DNA of 64,000 bases, from the NCBI RefSeq assembly GCF_009914755.1, contig NC_060927.1; one strand, given 5' to 3'. The DNA is from the human T2T-CHM13v2.0 reference genome, Homo sapiens. Each line of letters starts with the position of its first letter. Positions within the stretch are counted from its first letter, which is position 1. The position numbers and the translations under genes are program-made. Under the pieces are notes generated by a model. It saw only the letters and a list, made by a program, of their open reading frames with translations, searched no databases and was not told the DNA's origin. Below are positions 42,374 to 55,545 of the stretch, one piece after another.

Positions 42374-45300
42374 CAAAAATTTCTTTAAAATTGAAAAAGA
42401 ATGACATATGTAAGCTTGAGTATCTTGCCAAAGGTGCTACCATTTGCTGAAATGTGGAAGGCTGGAGAGTTATAATAGTAAAAATCAAGCACTCCATTAT
42501 TCACGTGTTAGGTTGAAGATATCTGCAGGACATTCAGGGGTACACGTCAACTAAGCAATTGTATAAGAGAACTGGCGCTCAGAAGAAAGGGCTAGATTGA
42601 GGGTCTACATTTGAGAACCGTTAGTACAAAAAAGAGATTTAAATGATACTTGATGAGATTAGCCAGACAGAACAATCAGAGAATCTGGGAAGGATCAGAT
42701 GTGAGCCTTACAGAACCCCTACATCGTCAGATAAATGATCTAAACAAATATTTCATAAGAAATAGGTTAGGTCTCATGTATTTTACAAGGAAAAGGAGCA
42801 ACAGAGTAATTGTGGCATCCAGAGGCATATTTACTAATTTTAAACCAGAAAATATAATTACCAAGGACAATGAAATTAAGGTAAAATAATATTTCTGTAA
42901 TTTAATTACTTTGAAAATAACTTAAGACACTTATTGAGAAATTGAAACCAACCCATACTTGGTCAAAAACCATTTCAGTTTAATATTACAAATGACTGCT
43001 TGGATTTTATAGCTGCTGATTTTTTTTTTATAGATGGTAATCTGTTTAAAATTCCAGTTGCTTCAGTATAATATGATTCAGCGCAATATAGATTTGGATG
43101 ATAAAGTTCTTTTTATAAGTAACCCCCACCGAAAAAAAAAAAAAAAAAACCTGGAAAACACATGCATGTGTCATCTGGTGTCTATCAAGCATTAGGTTAC
43201 AAGCTGTTTCTTCAAATTCATTACCTTGTGGTTCTCCAGTTGATTACAAATGTTTCATTTACGTTACATCTTCTATAATCTCATGTAACTAGGATTTCTG
43301 AGACATATATTTGAAATAGTTTTTAAGATCTTATATGCATTTGTTAGGCTTGAAATAAGAAAACAAAAAAATTCAATTTAAGTGAACATTTCCAATGGTT
43401 GTGAAAGCCTTTTCACAAACTATCCCAGGATTTTATCTATTTCTTTAGCTCCTTTGACTAAACGGAGAAGTTATAAAACAACAACCAAACAAGGACAATG
43501 CTGAATCGAGTTTTATTCCCGTTTGAAATTTAAATTGAACTTTAAAACTTCTAATTTCTAAGTTTAAAAAAGAAATAAAAAGTTTATATTTTTTTCTCTT
43601 TAAACATAGATAAATTTTATTAAATTTCAGTTGTTTCAAGCACTTAGATTCTAAAAAGACTTTGCAAATTTGGATTTCCTTTCAAGAGGCTGTTTGTAAC
43701 TGCGATGCCAACTGGAGATGATTGAAAACGAATGTATATTAGGACATCATTAGAAAGAGAAGAGGTATGTATTGTTAGGAGAAGGAAAAATGAGTCTATT
43801 GATTAAAAAAACAAACAAGCAACAAACAAACAAAAAACCCGTCATACCATGGAATTTCATGCTGTGAAATTGTCCAAACCATTTTCTCCCTTTCTTCTCT
43901 CTTGTTCTTTTGCTTCTCTGCATCCCCTCAGTTGGAAGCTATAGGGCCTCGCTGGGTTCTAGAAAAGCTGTAAGGTGAAAAAAGTGTCTGCAAGGGCTTT
44001 TGACAAGAAAACAGTTTGACGGTCTAAAGCTGTGAGTGATCTATAGTAGAGATTTGTTAAGTTCCATGTATACGGTGAGTTAATTCTACTTCAATCCCAC
44101 AGGGAAAGAGTAGGGGATATTAAAAGGAGAAAAAGGGCAATACTAAATTGATTTTAGTAATTAGTAAATTTTAGTGCAGAGAATAATTTGCCCATTACTT
44201 AGTTCCTTATTTTCTTTGCAATTTGCTTTATTTCTATATTAATTTTACATTATAGTAAGAGTTTACATCAATGCATAAAAATTCTGTCATAAAACATAGA
44301 ACTGTATTCTACTTCCAAGAATATCACTGACTAAAACTGTACATATTTTGTTATACTACTATGTAAAAATAAACAAAATAAAAACATGTTTTCTTAAGGC
44401 TGTGCCCCCACACTGGCAAAACTGATGGCATCTATTTAAAATATTTTTTTATCTTTCTGAACTTTTGTCACTTTTAATCAGTGTTACATAAAGTTATCTT
44501 TCTTTATTCTTAGCCATGGTTTCAGGTAAAGAAAATGATTTGTATGTGTATTTATTTTAAATAGCACTTGATTAGAAGAGAATTAAAAACCCCAGGCAAA
44601 ATTTTTGTATAGCATATGAAATAAATTGTAACATTTGCAGTACAAATGCAAAGTCTTTCCACCACCCATGGAAAGGAAAAAAAAAAATTCCCCCACCCCC
44701 AGAAGGAAAAGTCTCTACATAGGACATTTTTTCAATAAAACTTGCACAGAACAATCACAAGAGTTAATTGGTATAACCATAACTAATTCTTGAAATCATA
44801 GACCACCCAGCCCTTTGTCCAGCCACCAAACTATTCATGGGTTGTTGTGGGTTGGTTGTGTTTTTTTTTTTTTTTTTGCCAGTAATTTCAGCTTAATGAG
44901 TACCAAAAAGTATCTGGGACAAAGAAAGACAGTCGAGGTTTTGAAGCACAATGGGGACTCAAGAAAAAGAAAATGCTACGGGATATCCTGTTCTTTAATT
45001 TTGACACTGTGCTTCAAATTATCGTAAAATCATATTTTAAAGGTTTAAAGCTTAAACTATTTTTATTAAAGAACAAGAGTTTTAAATTATTGAAAAATTT
45101 CTTTCTGATAAAATAGTAGAAATGGTCAAAGTATGAAAAGTAAGAACAAACATGTTAGTGATTCATATTTCTAGTTTTCCAATGGAGTTTCAACCCATTG
45201 TTGACTTCCGATCACTTAACTATACTTTCCCCTTCTGCAGTTTTATTTCATGAATTCTGGGTTTTTCCAATTCTTTAAAAACACTTTCTAACTAAAGTTT

Positions 45301-46342
45301 TGGTATCCATTTGACAACAAAATTTGAGTAAATAAAACTAGTCCTTTTTTAAAAAACAAAGTCACTTTAGTTTATCTTCAAATTAGAAGGTTCATACACA
45401 GTTGGAACTTGTAACTGGAGCCTGAATATTTTCTTTGCAATTAATCCTTAGACAAAGTAAATGAATATTAATGTGCATCGACAATGAATAATAATGGAGG
45501 TATTGTTTTATTTAAATGATTTAGATACGCATGACTTTAATTAATTCATCTTCAAGTTTTAGCAGAGAGTATGCATCCTTTCTATGTATCCTTTCTTGGC
45601 TTTGCTTAACTTTGGAAGGTAGAAAACATGGCCTTGAGAGCATAAGCAAAAGGTTAATGAGAAGCTAGAGCGACGGTGAATCACCCTCTTCACTTCTCCC
45701 TGAAGTCTGTGTTTTCCTTTCCTTATCACTGAAAGCATGCGATAGCCATCCAAGTGGAGGGGAAAGGGCCATCCCTTTGATCTTCAGTTTAGTGGGAAGA
45801 CACAGTCATAACCTATTTGCCATAATCAAAGGTTTTCTGTTAGTTTTCTGGTTGAATCAGTCGGTGTAGAGAGGAAAAGGAGTTAGGTGCTTACAATGAC
45901 TTTAAAACCCATTACTAGTGTGTACTTTTCCCATAAAATAATTTTTGATTGTATCATTTAGAGGTTTCAGTGTTAGTCTTCAAATTTCTAGTCTGTTCTG
46001 TCCATAAAGAAAAGTAATCTTCCTGCCAAATCAATTTATTCAGATAAATTACTTAAAAAGAATCCATAAAAGAGTAAAATGTACAGCTAAATTCTCATAC
46101 ACCAACAATCCTAATATTTTCCTGCTCATGGTTCCTGCTAAGGATCTTATATAAGCCATATATTCTCTCCTTCAAAACAGCAAATAAATATACCAGTTTT
46201 TAAAAATAGTTTGAGAGTCTATGTAATCCCCATAAAGTCCATGAGGAGACTTGCAATACCCCATTTGTTCTCAAGATCATATTAGTGTTTGAATACTAAC
46301 TGAGAGAGAAACAGAAACATTCCCATGCCAAAAATATTTTAC

Positions 46343-46483
46343 AGCCAGGTATACTGGCTCATGCCTATAATTCCAGCTACTTGGGAGGCTGAGACTGGAG
46401 GATGGCTTGACTTCTGGAGTTCAAGACCAGCCTTGGCAAACAAGGCAAGAGACCCCCATCTCAAAAAAGAAAAAGAAAAAAAA
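46343..46483 (+). mobile_element. Free Alu monomer (FLAM_A-like)
   Basis: Single arm with CAGCTACTTGGGAGG, GGAGTTCAAGACCAGCC and A tail; TSD AAA(A/G)TATTTTAC. Confidence 0.88.
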
Positions 46484-46733
46484 GTATTTTACAATAAATA
46501 CTATAATATAAAAGCTACAGCTATGTCATTGCATTCTAATACCTGACCCATTTCTGTTTTGCCCATTTGACTATATATTTCATGAGAAACATTGTGTTAT
46601 TTATTCTGTATTCAAGGCTTCCTGCTATATACCAGGCACTTTAATATGTGTTAAATGTGTGCATATTGGGTTTGTCTCTTGTTTTCTATGTATCCTTTGA
46701 CTTCTAAAATTTTCATATATCTATTATTTATCA

Positions 46734-46833
46734 TGCACGTATTCATGTATAGGTTTAAATGTTGCGATACCTATTTACAGCTATATAGGTAAATACGTAT
46801 TGCAGCATTTAAACTGCTGCATGAATAAGTGCA
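46734..46833. repeat. Long inverted repeat (45-bp arms, 10-nt loop), origin unknown
   Basis: Arms 46734-46778 and 46789-46833 are Watson-Crick complementary at 37 of 45 positions with no gaps. Confidence 0.92.
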
Positions 46834-46859
46834 ATATTTTAGAGCCTGTATTATTGATC

Positions 46860-47085
46860 ATAGCACAGAGGTCAATAATACAGGCTCTGAATCCAGGCTA
46901 CCTGGGGTCAAATTCCTACTGGCCATGTGACATTGGACAAATACTTTAATTTCTCTGTGTCTACATTTCTCATATGTAAAATGGACAAAACATCATGTGA
47001 GAATTAAATGAGTTAATATATATAGAGAGAGTATAAAGGAATATCTTGTACATTGTTCATATTCAATAAATATATGTCATTATTT
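46860..47085 (+). mobile_element. MIR
   Basis: ACAGGCTCTGAATCCAG...TGTGACATTGGACAAAT...TTTCTCATATGTAAAATGG...TGTGAGAATTAAATGAGTTAATA. Confidence 0.88.
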
Positions 47086-48270
47086 TCATTTGGCAGCTCC
47101 AGCATTAAAATAAGTATGAACACTCCCAGGGCCTTAAAGATGACAGTCACATGATCAAAAAGAAAGATTTTAAAAAATGCCAAAGTAGACACTTAAAATA
47201 AAACTCGAGAAAGAAACGGGCTCAGGAAAACAGTCCTCTAGGCTTCAACAGCCCCTGGAGACATCCTTATGTAACAGAACAGAACAACAATATGTTCATA
47301 ATAAAACTGAGCCATTAAGAACACATTGAATTTTATTCATTGTGATCAGCTTCAAAAAGCAGGAAATGGTTAACACAAGTTTTGGCAACACAACCAACCT
47401 TTTTTCAAACTAAGGATTAGAAAAAAAGTTTTATTTTCTGAAAAAAATTACCGTGAAATACCAAAAATGTCAAATCAATACCAGATAAATGAAGTGTCTC
47501 CATATTCTATAGCCAATATTAAGGGCAAAGGAGAGCCACATGTTCTTTAAACACTAAATCTCCTTAAACACCACAATTTTGAAAAGGGCATATTTAACTA
47601 TGGGTTTGTATATATTGGCTTATGCCACTTTGTATGAAGAAATTTTTAAATCTCTACTGAAAATATGAAATGTTAAAGTATTCAAATTATATTTTTTCTC
47701 CTTATTAGCTTTTAAATACTTCATAAAGAAATTATAGGAGAATCATATCGATGACTGAAGATTGAATAGCTACACTGAAAAGTAGTAATCATATTAAGGG
47801 AACATATTATGTAATATTGTATGGTGTATCTGCATTTTCACATATATTATGCTGGTTGGCAAATAATCTATCATAGCATTTATTAAGGAAAAGGCAAGGC
47901 ACGCTTCAGAAAACCGCAAAATGATCATTCTGATAATTGTTCAATTGTGATCAATTGTTGGTGAGAATTTATTACAAATACAAACATGGTTAGGTGATTT
48001 TTTAAGATAGGGGTTTGATAAGTTACACAAGCCATGCAAAGTAATTCAGATTTAAATCAGGAGATGGTAAGAAATTAATAGACTATTTTTTAAAGAAGCA
48101 AATAGTGATACTTTGTGTTTCAGAAAGTTCTGGATTATTTCCTCACCGAGAAAATTTAAACGTTGAATATTTAGTAACTAAACATTAAAGTATGAAGTAA
48201 CTAAGCACTAGTGAGAAAAAGGAAGGTAATGAAAGTCTTTTTTTGTAGACTAGGGAGAGAAATTTTAGTG

Positions 48271-48301
<31 letters not shown>

Positions 48302-48302
48302 C
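48271..48302. repeat. (GT)13 microsatellite with GC tail
   Basis: Seen directly. Confidence 0.96.
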
Positions 48303-48874
48303 AAGAAACCAAGAACAGCGCAGTCCTAGTCCTTTGAAGTTATTTGTTAAATATTTATGAAAATAAAGCTGTCATTATTTTCCTGTGAATGAGCTGTTTC
48401 ACTCCTTGTAATCATCTTTCTCATTGATTATTTAAAACTCCGCAGCTTTATACCCAGTTTGTAATTGTAACTCATTTCATAATCTCTCCTTTCAATCTCT
48501 CCCTCTCTTGGTCTCATCTTTCTTCTCCTTTTTTAAAAACATGGTGTAAAAAATGAGTCTATCTATGAGTGATGTCTTTTTTGCCTGTTACATGAACATA
48601 TAATCTCATAGGCATAAAGAAATAATGAATCATTGCTTACCTTGGTTTTAAGTTGATAGGATATTGCAATGATGTATTTCTAAAACAAATTTTTAAAAAA
48701 TCAAATGATTGAAAAATAATACATAATGTTAAATGCGCATATTTATTTCTAAAAGATTATTAAAATTGATTGCAATTGCTGTCTCTTTCATTAATAATTA
48801 TACAGCTTTGAATTGCTAGCCTCTGGTATCTTATTGACAAATTCAATTATGTTTCAGAAATATATAACATCATG

Positions 48875-49050
48875 TTTATTCATGCATTTTTTATATATTT
48901 TTTGATTCATTTACTAAACATTTACTTATTACTTATTCTGCAACTGGTACTGGGCTAGCAAAGTTAATAAATCTTGTACTAGTGAAGCTTAATATTTATC
49001 AGAGAAATCACACAGTTAAACAGACAATTACAATACAATGCATGGAGCAC
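48875..49050 (-). mobile_element. L2 3' fragment
   Basis: ATTCATTTACTAAACATTTACT...TACTGGGCTAG...GTTAAACAGACAATTACAATACAATG. Confidence 0.7.
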
Positions 49051-49105
49051 CAAGTAATTAAAATATGGCTCAGACTTCTCCAATCCACTTTATTAATTCA
49101 TTTGT

Positions 49106-49226
49106 ATATTTTTCCATCATCTCAACATTTATCTTGTCTTTGTGTTGGGAAAATTACAATTATTGTTTTCTAGCTATTTTGAAATATACAATAAATTATT
49201 GTTAATTATAATTTCCTGTCTCCTAC
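49106..49226 (-). mobile_element. L1MA 3'-region fragment
   Basis: TCCATCATCTCAACATTTATC...TTTGTGTTGGGAA...TTCTAGCTATTTTGAAATATACAATAAATTATTGTTAA. Confidence 0.8.
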
Positions 49227-49931
49227 TTCTGCACACAAACTTTTCCACCTCTCCCATCCCCCAAAAAAGAAAATGTAGGAAACCCAACTTGACTACTAGA
49301 AACCTTAATAAACAATGATCATCTCTATTGCAGTGTTCCTTGAAGAAGAGCATGGGAGAGATTATGTAGCCATCATACGGAAAGCTTTCCAGTAGTTCTG
49401 CATAGGCATTTCTCCTTTTCTCCACCTTTTCCTCCTTCTAGCAGGTATTAAAATTCTTTTTTCCTCTTTGCCCATCCAGTTCCCCGTTCTCTCTGTGTGT
49501 AGTCAGTTCTGTCTACCAAATTCTTTGTCCAATTTCTGACCTTTCTTTACTCTTTGCTTACGTTTCCCAACATGTAACATAACCTTCCCTCGGAAATGTA
49601 TTCCGTCTTCCATTTTACTCCCTCCTCCTTGAGAATTAACCTGGTCGTTGAAATTGATTACTCCCACAATAGGTGAAATATAAGGTGCCACAAGAATACA
49701 TTGCATGGCACCTACATTTACCTAGACATTGAAATAAACCAAAATAATAAGTAGGAGTTGTCCAGAATCAAAAATGTCTGGCAGCAAGGGGAGTATGGAA
49801 ACATTTTCTAATCAGAGGAAGCATCTTATAGAAATAACAGGAAAAGAGACTGTAATTCCCTATGGACCAAGACTGCTAAGTAGATGCTCAATCATGGAGT
49901 ATCTGTGGAGCCATATTAAGGAGTTGGTCCT

Positions 49932-50288
49932 TGCTATGACCTGAATGTGTCCACCCGTATTTGTTTTAGAAACTTAATCACCAATGTTATCGTATTAAGA
50001 CATGGGGCCTGGAAGAGGTGCATGAATCATGAGAGCAGAGCCCTCATGGTTGGGAGTAGCAGCCCCTTATAAAAGGGGTTGGGAAAGTGGCTTTATCCCC
50101 TTTCATCATCTTGGAGGATACAACATCAAGGCACCATCTTGGAATCAGAGATCAGCCTTCACCAGACACCAAACCTGCCTCCATATTGATCTTGAACTTC
50201 CCAGCCCCAGAACTGTAAGAAATAAATTTCTGTTATTTATAAATTATCCAGTCTTAAGTATTTTGTTACAGCAACACAGACTAAGACA
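49932..50288 (+). mobile_element. MSTD-like MaLR solo LTR with 5-bp TSD
   Basis: TGCTATG...CAAGGCACCATCTTGGAA...CACCAGACACCAAACCTGC...GACTAAGACA; TSD GTCCT on both sides. Confidence 0.92.
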
Positions 50289-50339
50289 GTCCTTATCATA
50301 TTTATATTTTTATATTTATTATTGTATGAATTTTTATAT

Positions 50340-50470
50340 TCCCCTCTAGATGAAAAGAGCTATACAGCAGAGCCCATGTCTGGCTTCTCGCTATTGTATC
50401 CCTAGTACCTTACTGGTTCCTGGAACCTAGAAGATATCATTAGATATTATTTTACCAAATGATGAATTAA
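50340..50470 (+). mobile_element. L2 3' terminus
   Basis: CCCTCTAGA...CATGTCTG...CTATTGTATCCCTAGTACCT...GTTCCTGG. Confidence 0.65.
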
Positions 50471-50530
50471 TAAGCGTATCTGTGAAGACAGGAAATTTAT
50501 CCAATGTTGAGATTTTTCCAGGTAGGCATG

Positions 50531-51061
50531 TGCTATGAATGTGCCTTCTAAAACTCATGTTGAAATTTAATTGACACTGTGACAATATTAACAGGTGGGT
50601 CCTCTGGAGCCTGGCATGCTGGCATGTATCTGTAGTCCTAGCTTCTCAAGAGGCTAAGTTGGGAGGATCACTTGAGCCCAGGAGTTTGAGACCAGGCTGG
50701 ACAACATAGCAAAGAGTTCTGTCTAAAAAAAAGAACAATAATTAACCAAAAATTTAAAGTGAGACCTTTAACAGGTGATTAGATCATGAGGGGTCTGCCC
50801 TCATGAATGGATTCATTCATTATCTTGGGAGAGGGTAAGTTATCAAGGGAATGGGCTCCTAACAAAGGAATAAGTTCGGCCCAATTTTTCTATCTCTGTT
50901 TTGTAAGTGCTCACTTGCCCTTCCACCATGTTACATCACAGCAAGAAGGCCCTCACAAGATGCAGTCCAACAATGTTGGACTTGCCAGCCTCCAGAACCA
51001 TAAGCCAAATTAACTTCCACTGTTTATAATTTACCCAGTCTGTGCTATCTTGAGTAAGACA
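50531..51061 (+). mobile_element. MSTC/MSTB-like MaLR solo LTR interrupted by FLAM
   Basis: AAACTCATGTTGAAATTTAATTG...AGGTGATTAGATCATGAGGG...CAGCAAGAAGGCCCTCAC...CAGCCTCCAGAACCAT...TAAGACA. Confidence 0.88.
50607..50757 (+). mobile_element. Free Alu monomer (FLAM_A-like) nested in MST
   Basis: CTGTAGTCCTAGCT...GGAGGATCACTTGAGCCCAGGAGTTTGAGACCAG...CAACATAGC plus A-rich tail. Confidence 0.85.
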
Positions 51062-52496
51062 GTGTGAGATTAGGAAACGGGGGTTGTGATGAAATAATTA
51101 ATAATGAACTATACATTGGAAACGGATCAAAAATAGGTGGAAGCTAAAAAAAAATTAAATGGGCAAAGGAATTGAAGATATTAATGAGCGGAAAAAAATG
51201 ATAATTGGGAATGGAAGTATGATAGAGCTAGAGGAAAAAGAGGCTTCGATGAGAGAATGAATGTGAAAATAATAATTCAGATGTGAAGTGGTTCTGGACA
51301 ATGTTGATACAATCCAAGGCATGGACATAGGAGAGGATGGTTTAAAGTGAATGTTTTTGGAGATCATGAGATCAATAAACAGAGAGAACAGAGTGACTCG
51401 CAGGTTGAAAGCAGGATCTAGAGTGGAGGAGGCTGTGAGTCTTATACCAAAGCGATGACCTGAAAATGATGAGGCAACTAGAGAGAAGCATAGCAGAAAA
51501 ATATGTGGAATAAGAAGGAAGCTCACCAACTTCCAAACCCGAGGTGTACAAATTCTAGTGACGAACAATCACGAGTGGAGAAGATTTAGGAGAACTGATC
51601 ATTTCAGAGAAGAGCCAAGTTACATCTTAGCCAAGAATAGGGAGAAGAACTTCAGAGAAGTAGTTGTGTGTGTAGGAGCTCATTAAACCTTGTCCCAGGA
51701 GAAATAATTTGAAGGTTGGGAGAGATGAAGGAGGAGGAATTGGGAGAAGAATGGAGATGTAGGAGAAGAGACGAAAAGAGAGACTAGATGACTTTGGCAC
51801 TCACCAAAAATAACAAGGTTGGGGGAATTAGCTGACCACTCCCACTGAATGATCAGGGGAGAGGGGGCAGCAGGTGCTTGACGTCACTCAGAATGCTGCC
51901 ACACTCTGGCCATAGTCATTTCCAAGGAAATTCTTTGGATTAGTATATGAGAAGTCTCTGGTCCCTTTGCAAGGAAACAAATGTGGTTAGATTGGATTAA
52001 CCCCAAAACCTAAAACCCAAGTATGAAACTCCCCAGTGCTGGTTACAGGCCTGGTACATTTGTGCCGAGGATGGTGGGCAAAATCGCTGACTCCCAAGGC
52101 TTAGTCTGTAAATCCCAAAGACAGGATATAAGCAATTCAGCTTCTAAAGAGCATGTTTTCTATTCGTCACAAGGACCATTTCTAGCATTTGAGGCAGTTT
52201 TTTAGAACAATGAGATTTACAATATTTACAGGTCTTCTGAGATGATCAATTGACTGACTTTCAGTTATAAATTTACCTGTCAGGCAGATCTGACATCTGA
52301 GTAAGTTTGGCAATACCCTTTTCTTCTTATATTCAAGATATTTGGGAAGCCACGTTTTCCAAGGGGAAGCTTTAAAAATTTTCCCAAAGCTCCAAATTTT
52401 GAGTAGAAACCATGAAAATTTCTGGAATGCATAATCCAAGTCACTTTTGGGGGTATTTATATATTTTTATATGCATAATTCTCTTTGATAGAGAAA

Positions 52497-53678
52497 TGTA
52501 TTATTCAGGGCTCTCCAGAGAAACAGAACACACTCACAAACACACTATATAACTCTCTCTCTCTCTATATATATATATAGTGTGTGTGTATCTATATATA
52601 GTGTGTATATATAGTGTACATACACATATCCCTATATATGTATGTATATACACATATGTGTATGTATATATGTATGTATATACACATATGTGTATATACA
52701 TACATAAGTCTCTCTCCCTATATATATAGTGTGTATCTATATATAGTGTATATATTTAGTGTACATACACATATCCCTATATATGTATGTGTATATACAT
52801 ATATATGTGTATATACATACATAAGTCTCTCTCTCTATATATAGTGTATCTATATATAGTGTATATATATAGTGTACATACACATATCCCTATATATGTA
52901 TGCGTATATACATATATGTGTATATACATACATGTCTCTCTCTCTATATATATAGTGTGTATCTATATGTAGTGTGTGTATATATATATAGTGTACATAC
53001 ACATATCCCTATATATATTTAGCATATATATGTATGTGTATGTAGCATATATCCCTATATATGTATGTGTATGTAAACTATATATATACACTACATATAG
53101 ATACACACTCTATATATGTGTATATATATACACATATATATGTATTGTGTGTGTGTGTATATATATATCCATATATAGATGAAATTCTTTGTGGAAATTT
53201 ATTGTGAAAATTGGCTCACATCATGATTTTGGAGGCGGAGAAGTCCCATGATAGGCTATCTGCAAACTGGAGTACCAGCGAAGCCATGACATAGCGCAGT
53301 CCAAGTCTGAAGGCCTGAGAACAAGAGGAGTTGATCGTGTATCTCTCAATCTCTTAGCCTGAGGCCAAAGCCTGGAGAAACATGGGGCCACTGGTGCAAG
53401 TTACACAGTCTGAAGGTCAAAGAACCTGTAGTTCTAGATGTCTAAGGGCAGGAGATGAGTGTCCCAGCTCCAAAAGAGAGAGAGAATTTATCTTGCCTTT
53501 TAAAATCTATCCAGGCCTTCAATCGATTGGGTGGTGCCCACCCACATTGGATGAGCTTCAGTCTCCTTACTCAGTTCATTGATTCAAGTATCAGTCTCTC
53601 CTGGAAACATCCTCACAGACATACTTAAAAATAATGCTTTACCAGCCATCTGGCTAACACCTAAAACTAACCATCACA
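52497..53678 (-). mobile_element. MLT2B-like ERVL solo LTR with expanded internal simple repeat
   Basis: TGTATTATTCAGGGCTCTCCAGAGAAACAGAAC...AATTGGCTCAC...GAGAAGTCCCATGATAGGC...GGAAACATCCTCACAGACA...TAACCATCACA. Confidence 0.93.
52530..53180. repeat. AT-rich array with a 113-145-bp higher-order unit
   Basis: AGTGTACATACACATATCCCTATATAT recurs at 52613, 52758, 52871 and 52990. Confidence 0.93.
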
Positions 53679-54531
53679 AGGAGGATTATGGAGAGCTCTC
53701 CACGTGCCTACATTTTCATAACCTAATGCCATTTGTCTGGATATAAAACTTTCCAAAATATTTGTCTGGAGAGAAAGGCTTACTGCATCAGTGACAGCAT
53801 GCAGTGGTTTGCCCTAATGCCTCACTTACATCAGTCGTGCACTGCTGCCTTCTTGCTATGCTTGCATACTACTGAATGTTAGCATGATAAATTAAATGGG
53901 CGTTTTTCTTTATTCCAAATCAGTGCCAGAGATCAAAAAGCTGCTAAAAGTCCTTTCCACAAGAACGCCTCTCAGAAAATGATGAGTTATAGTTATTCTC
54001 GCCAAGAGATGCCTTCTGTTGTACTCTATCACTTCCTACGATCCAATAGCTTGAAACTGTGCCAAGCTAATTAGCTAGTTCAGTGACTGTTATATTAAGA
54101 GCCCAAATAAGCCAAAAGAGGTCATCCTCTTACTACTCAAGTGCAGCTTTATTATTTTTCTCACCAATCAGAAAGCCACACAAAGTCTTTCGACTAAACC
54201 CAATCTAGTATTTTCATGTAGACACTTTATAATGTTTTTTTTCAAGAACTGTTGCCATTTGTTTAAGTCGGGCACTTCATAGGAAAGCGTTCCTATCTTG
54301 TAAAAAAAGGGTATCTTTTAACTATTTAATTTTGAAATGTACTTTTATCAACTCAGTAAACATAAACTTCTAATATATGCAAAGTATATGGTGCTATGGG
54401 AAATCACCCTTTTATGAAGCAGAGGAAATTATGTTTTCCTTCTTTCTTAATATGAACATTGACCATGTTATCCTTTCATAATTAGTATTATGATACCTTA
54501 GTTTTATCTTCTTTTATTAAAACTTATTTTT

Positions 54532-54817
<286 letters not shown>

Positions 54818-55294
54818 TTAAATATGAGCAAGTCAAACATCATAGCAAGATCCTTAGCCCTGAGTTTTTGTTTGGGCACAGATAATGAACCCCTGAACCT
54901 CTGGAATAATGTTATTCATCCCTTTGGAGATCTCACTGTTTTGGCATCAGTGGGAAGATAGTGTACAGAGGTCAGTGATGTATTTTTCTATGCCTGTCAG
55001 GCAGATCTGTCAGATAAACACACTAAAATTGTTTGTTTCTTAGTAGGCCGTCTTCATAAGTAATTATTACTACCTTTGAAATTCTCAGGCTTGTTTTTTT
55101 TTAAGTTGAAAAATATTTTCACTGCCTCTTGACAATGGTGTACTGTTAATATTTATTGATAAAGAAGCTTTATAATGAGAAAAGGCTACTGTAAATATAA
55201 CAATGCCTTTGAAATAGTTTTTGTTTTATTATTAGTTTGTATTATTAATTCATATTATATGGCATTTTATAGCTACATTTGTCCTGTAAATATA

Positions 55295-55545
55295 CTGATG
55301 GCAAACACTTGTGGTACTATTTACTGTGTACCAAGTCCTATTCCAAAAACTTTAGATGTTTTAACTCACTTAGCTCTCATAACCATTCAGAGGGAGGTAC
55401 CCCTCATTCTCCCATTTTATAGACAAGGGAACAGAGGCTCAGAGAGGTTGTATAACTTGGGCAAGTCACCTGGCTAAGAAATAGGATTTGAATCCAGGTA
55501 GTCTGGCTTCCTTCCATATACCTAATCACTATAATACACTGCCTC
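55295..55545 (-). mobile_element. MIR
   Basis: CCCATTTTATAGACAAGGGAACAGAGGCTCAGAGAGGTT...GGATTTGAATCCAGGTAGTCTGGCT. Confidence 0.9.

Larger units (their letters stand above)
41190..42740 (-). mobile_element. L2 interrupted by MADE1, L1MC and Alu
   Basis: GAACAGCATCCAGG...TGTGCAAAGACCCTGGAG...CAGTGTGGCTGGA; resumes after 42395 (GAATGACAT...AAGGGCTAGA...ACATTTGAGA). Confidence 0.8.

Noticed and set aside
44401-44417. Second CTCF-like motif (minus GCCAGTGTGGGGGCACA)
   Set aside because: Spacing is one base off the core and it lacks the central AG
51155-51568. 137-aa hydrophobic ORF
   Set aside because: Antisense read-through of a purine-rich, probably L2-like decayed region; non-ATG start
52614-53182. 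Tyr/Ile-rich ORFs
   Set aside because: Translations of the AT-rich array
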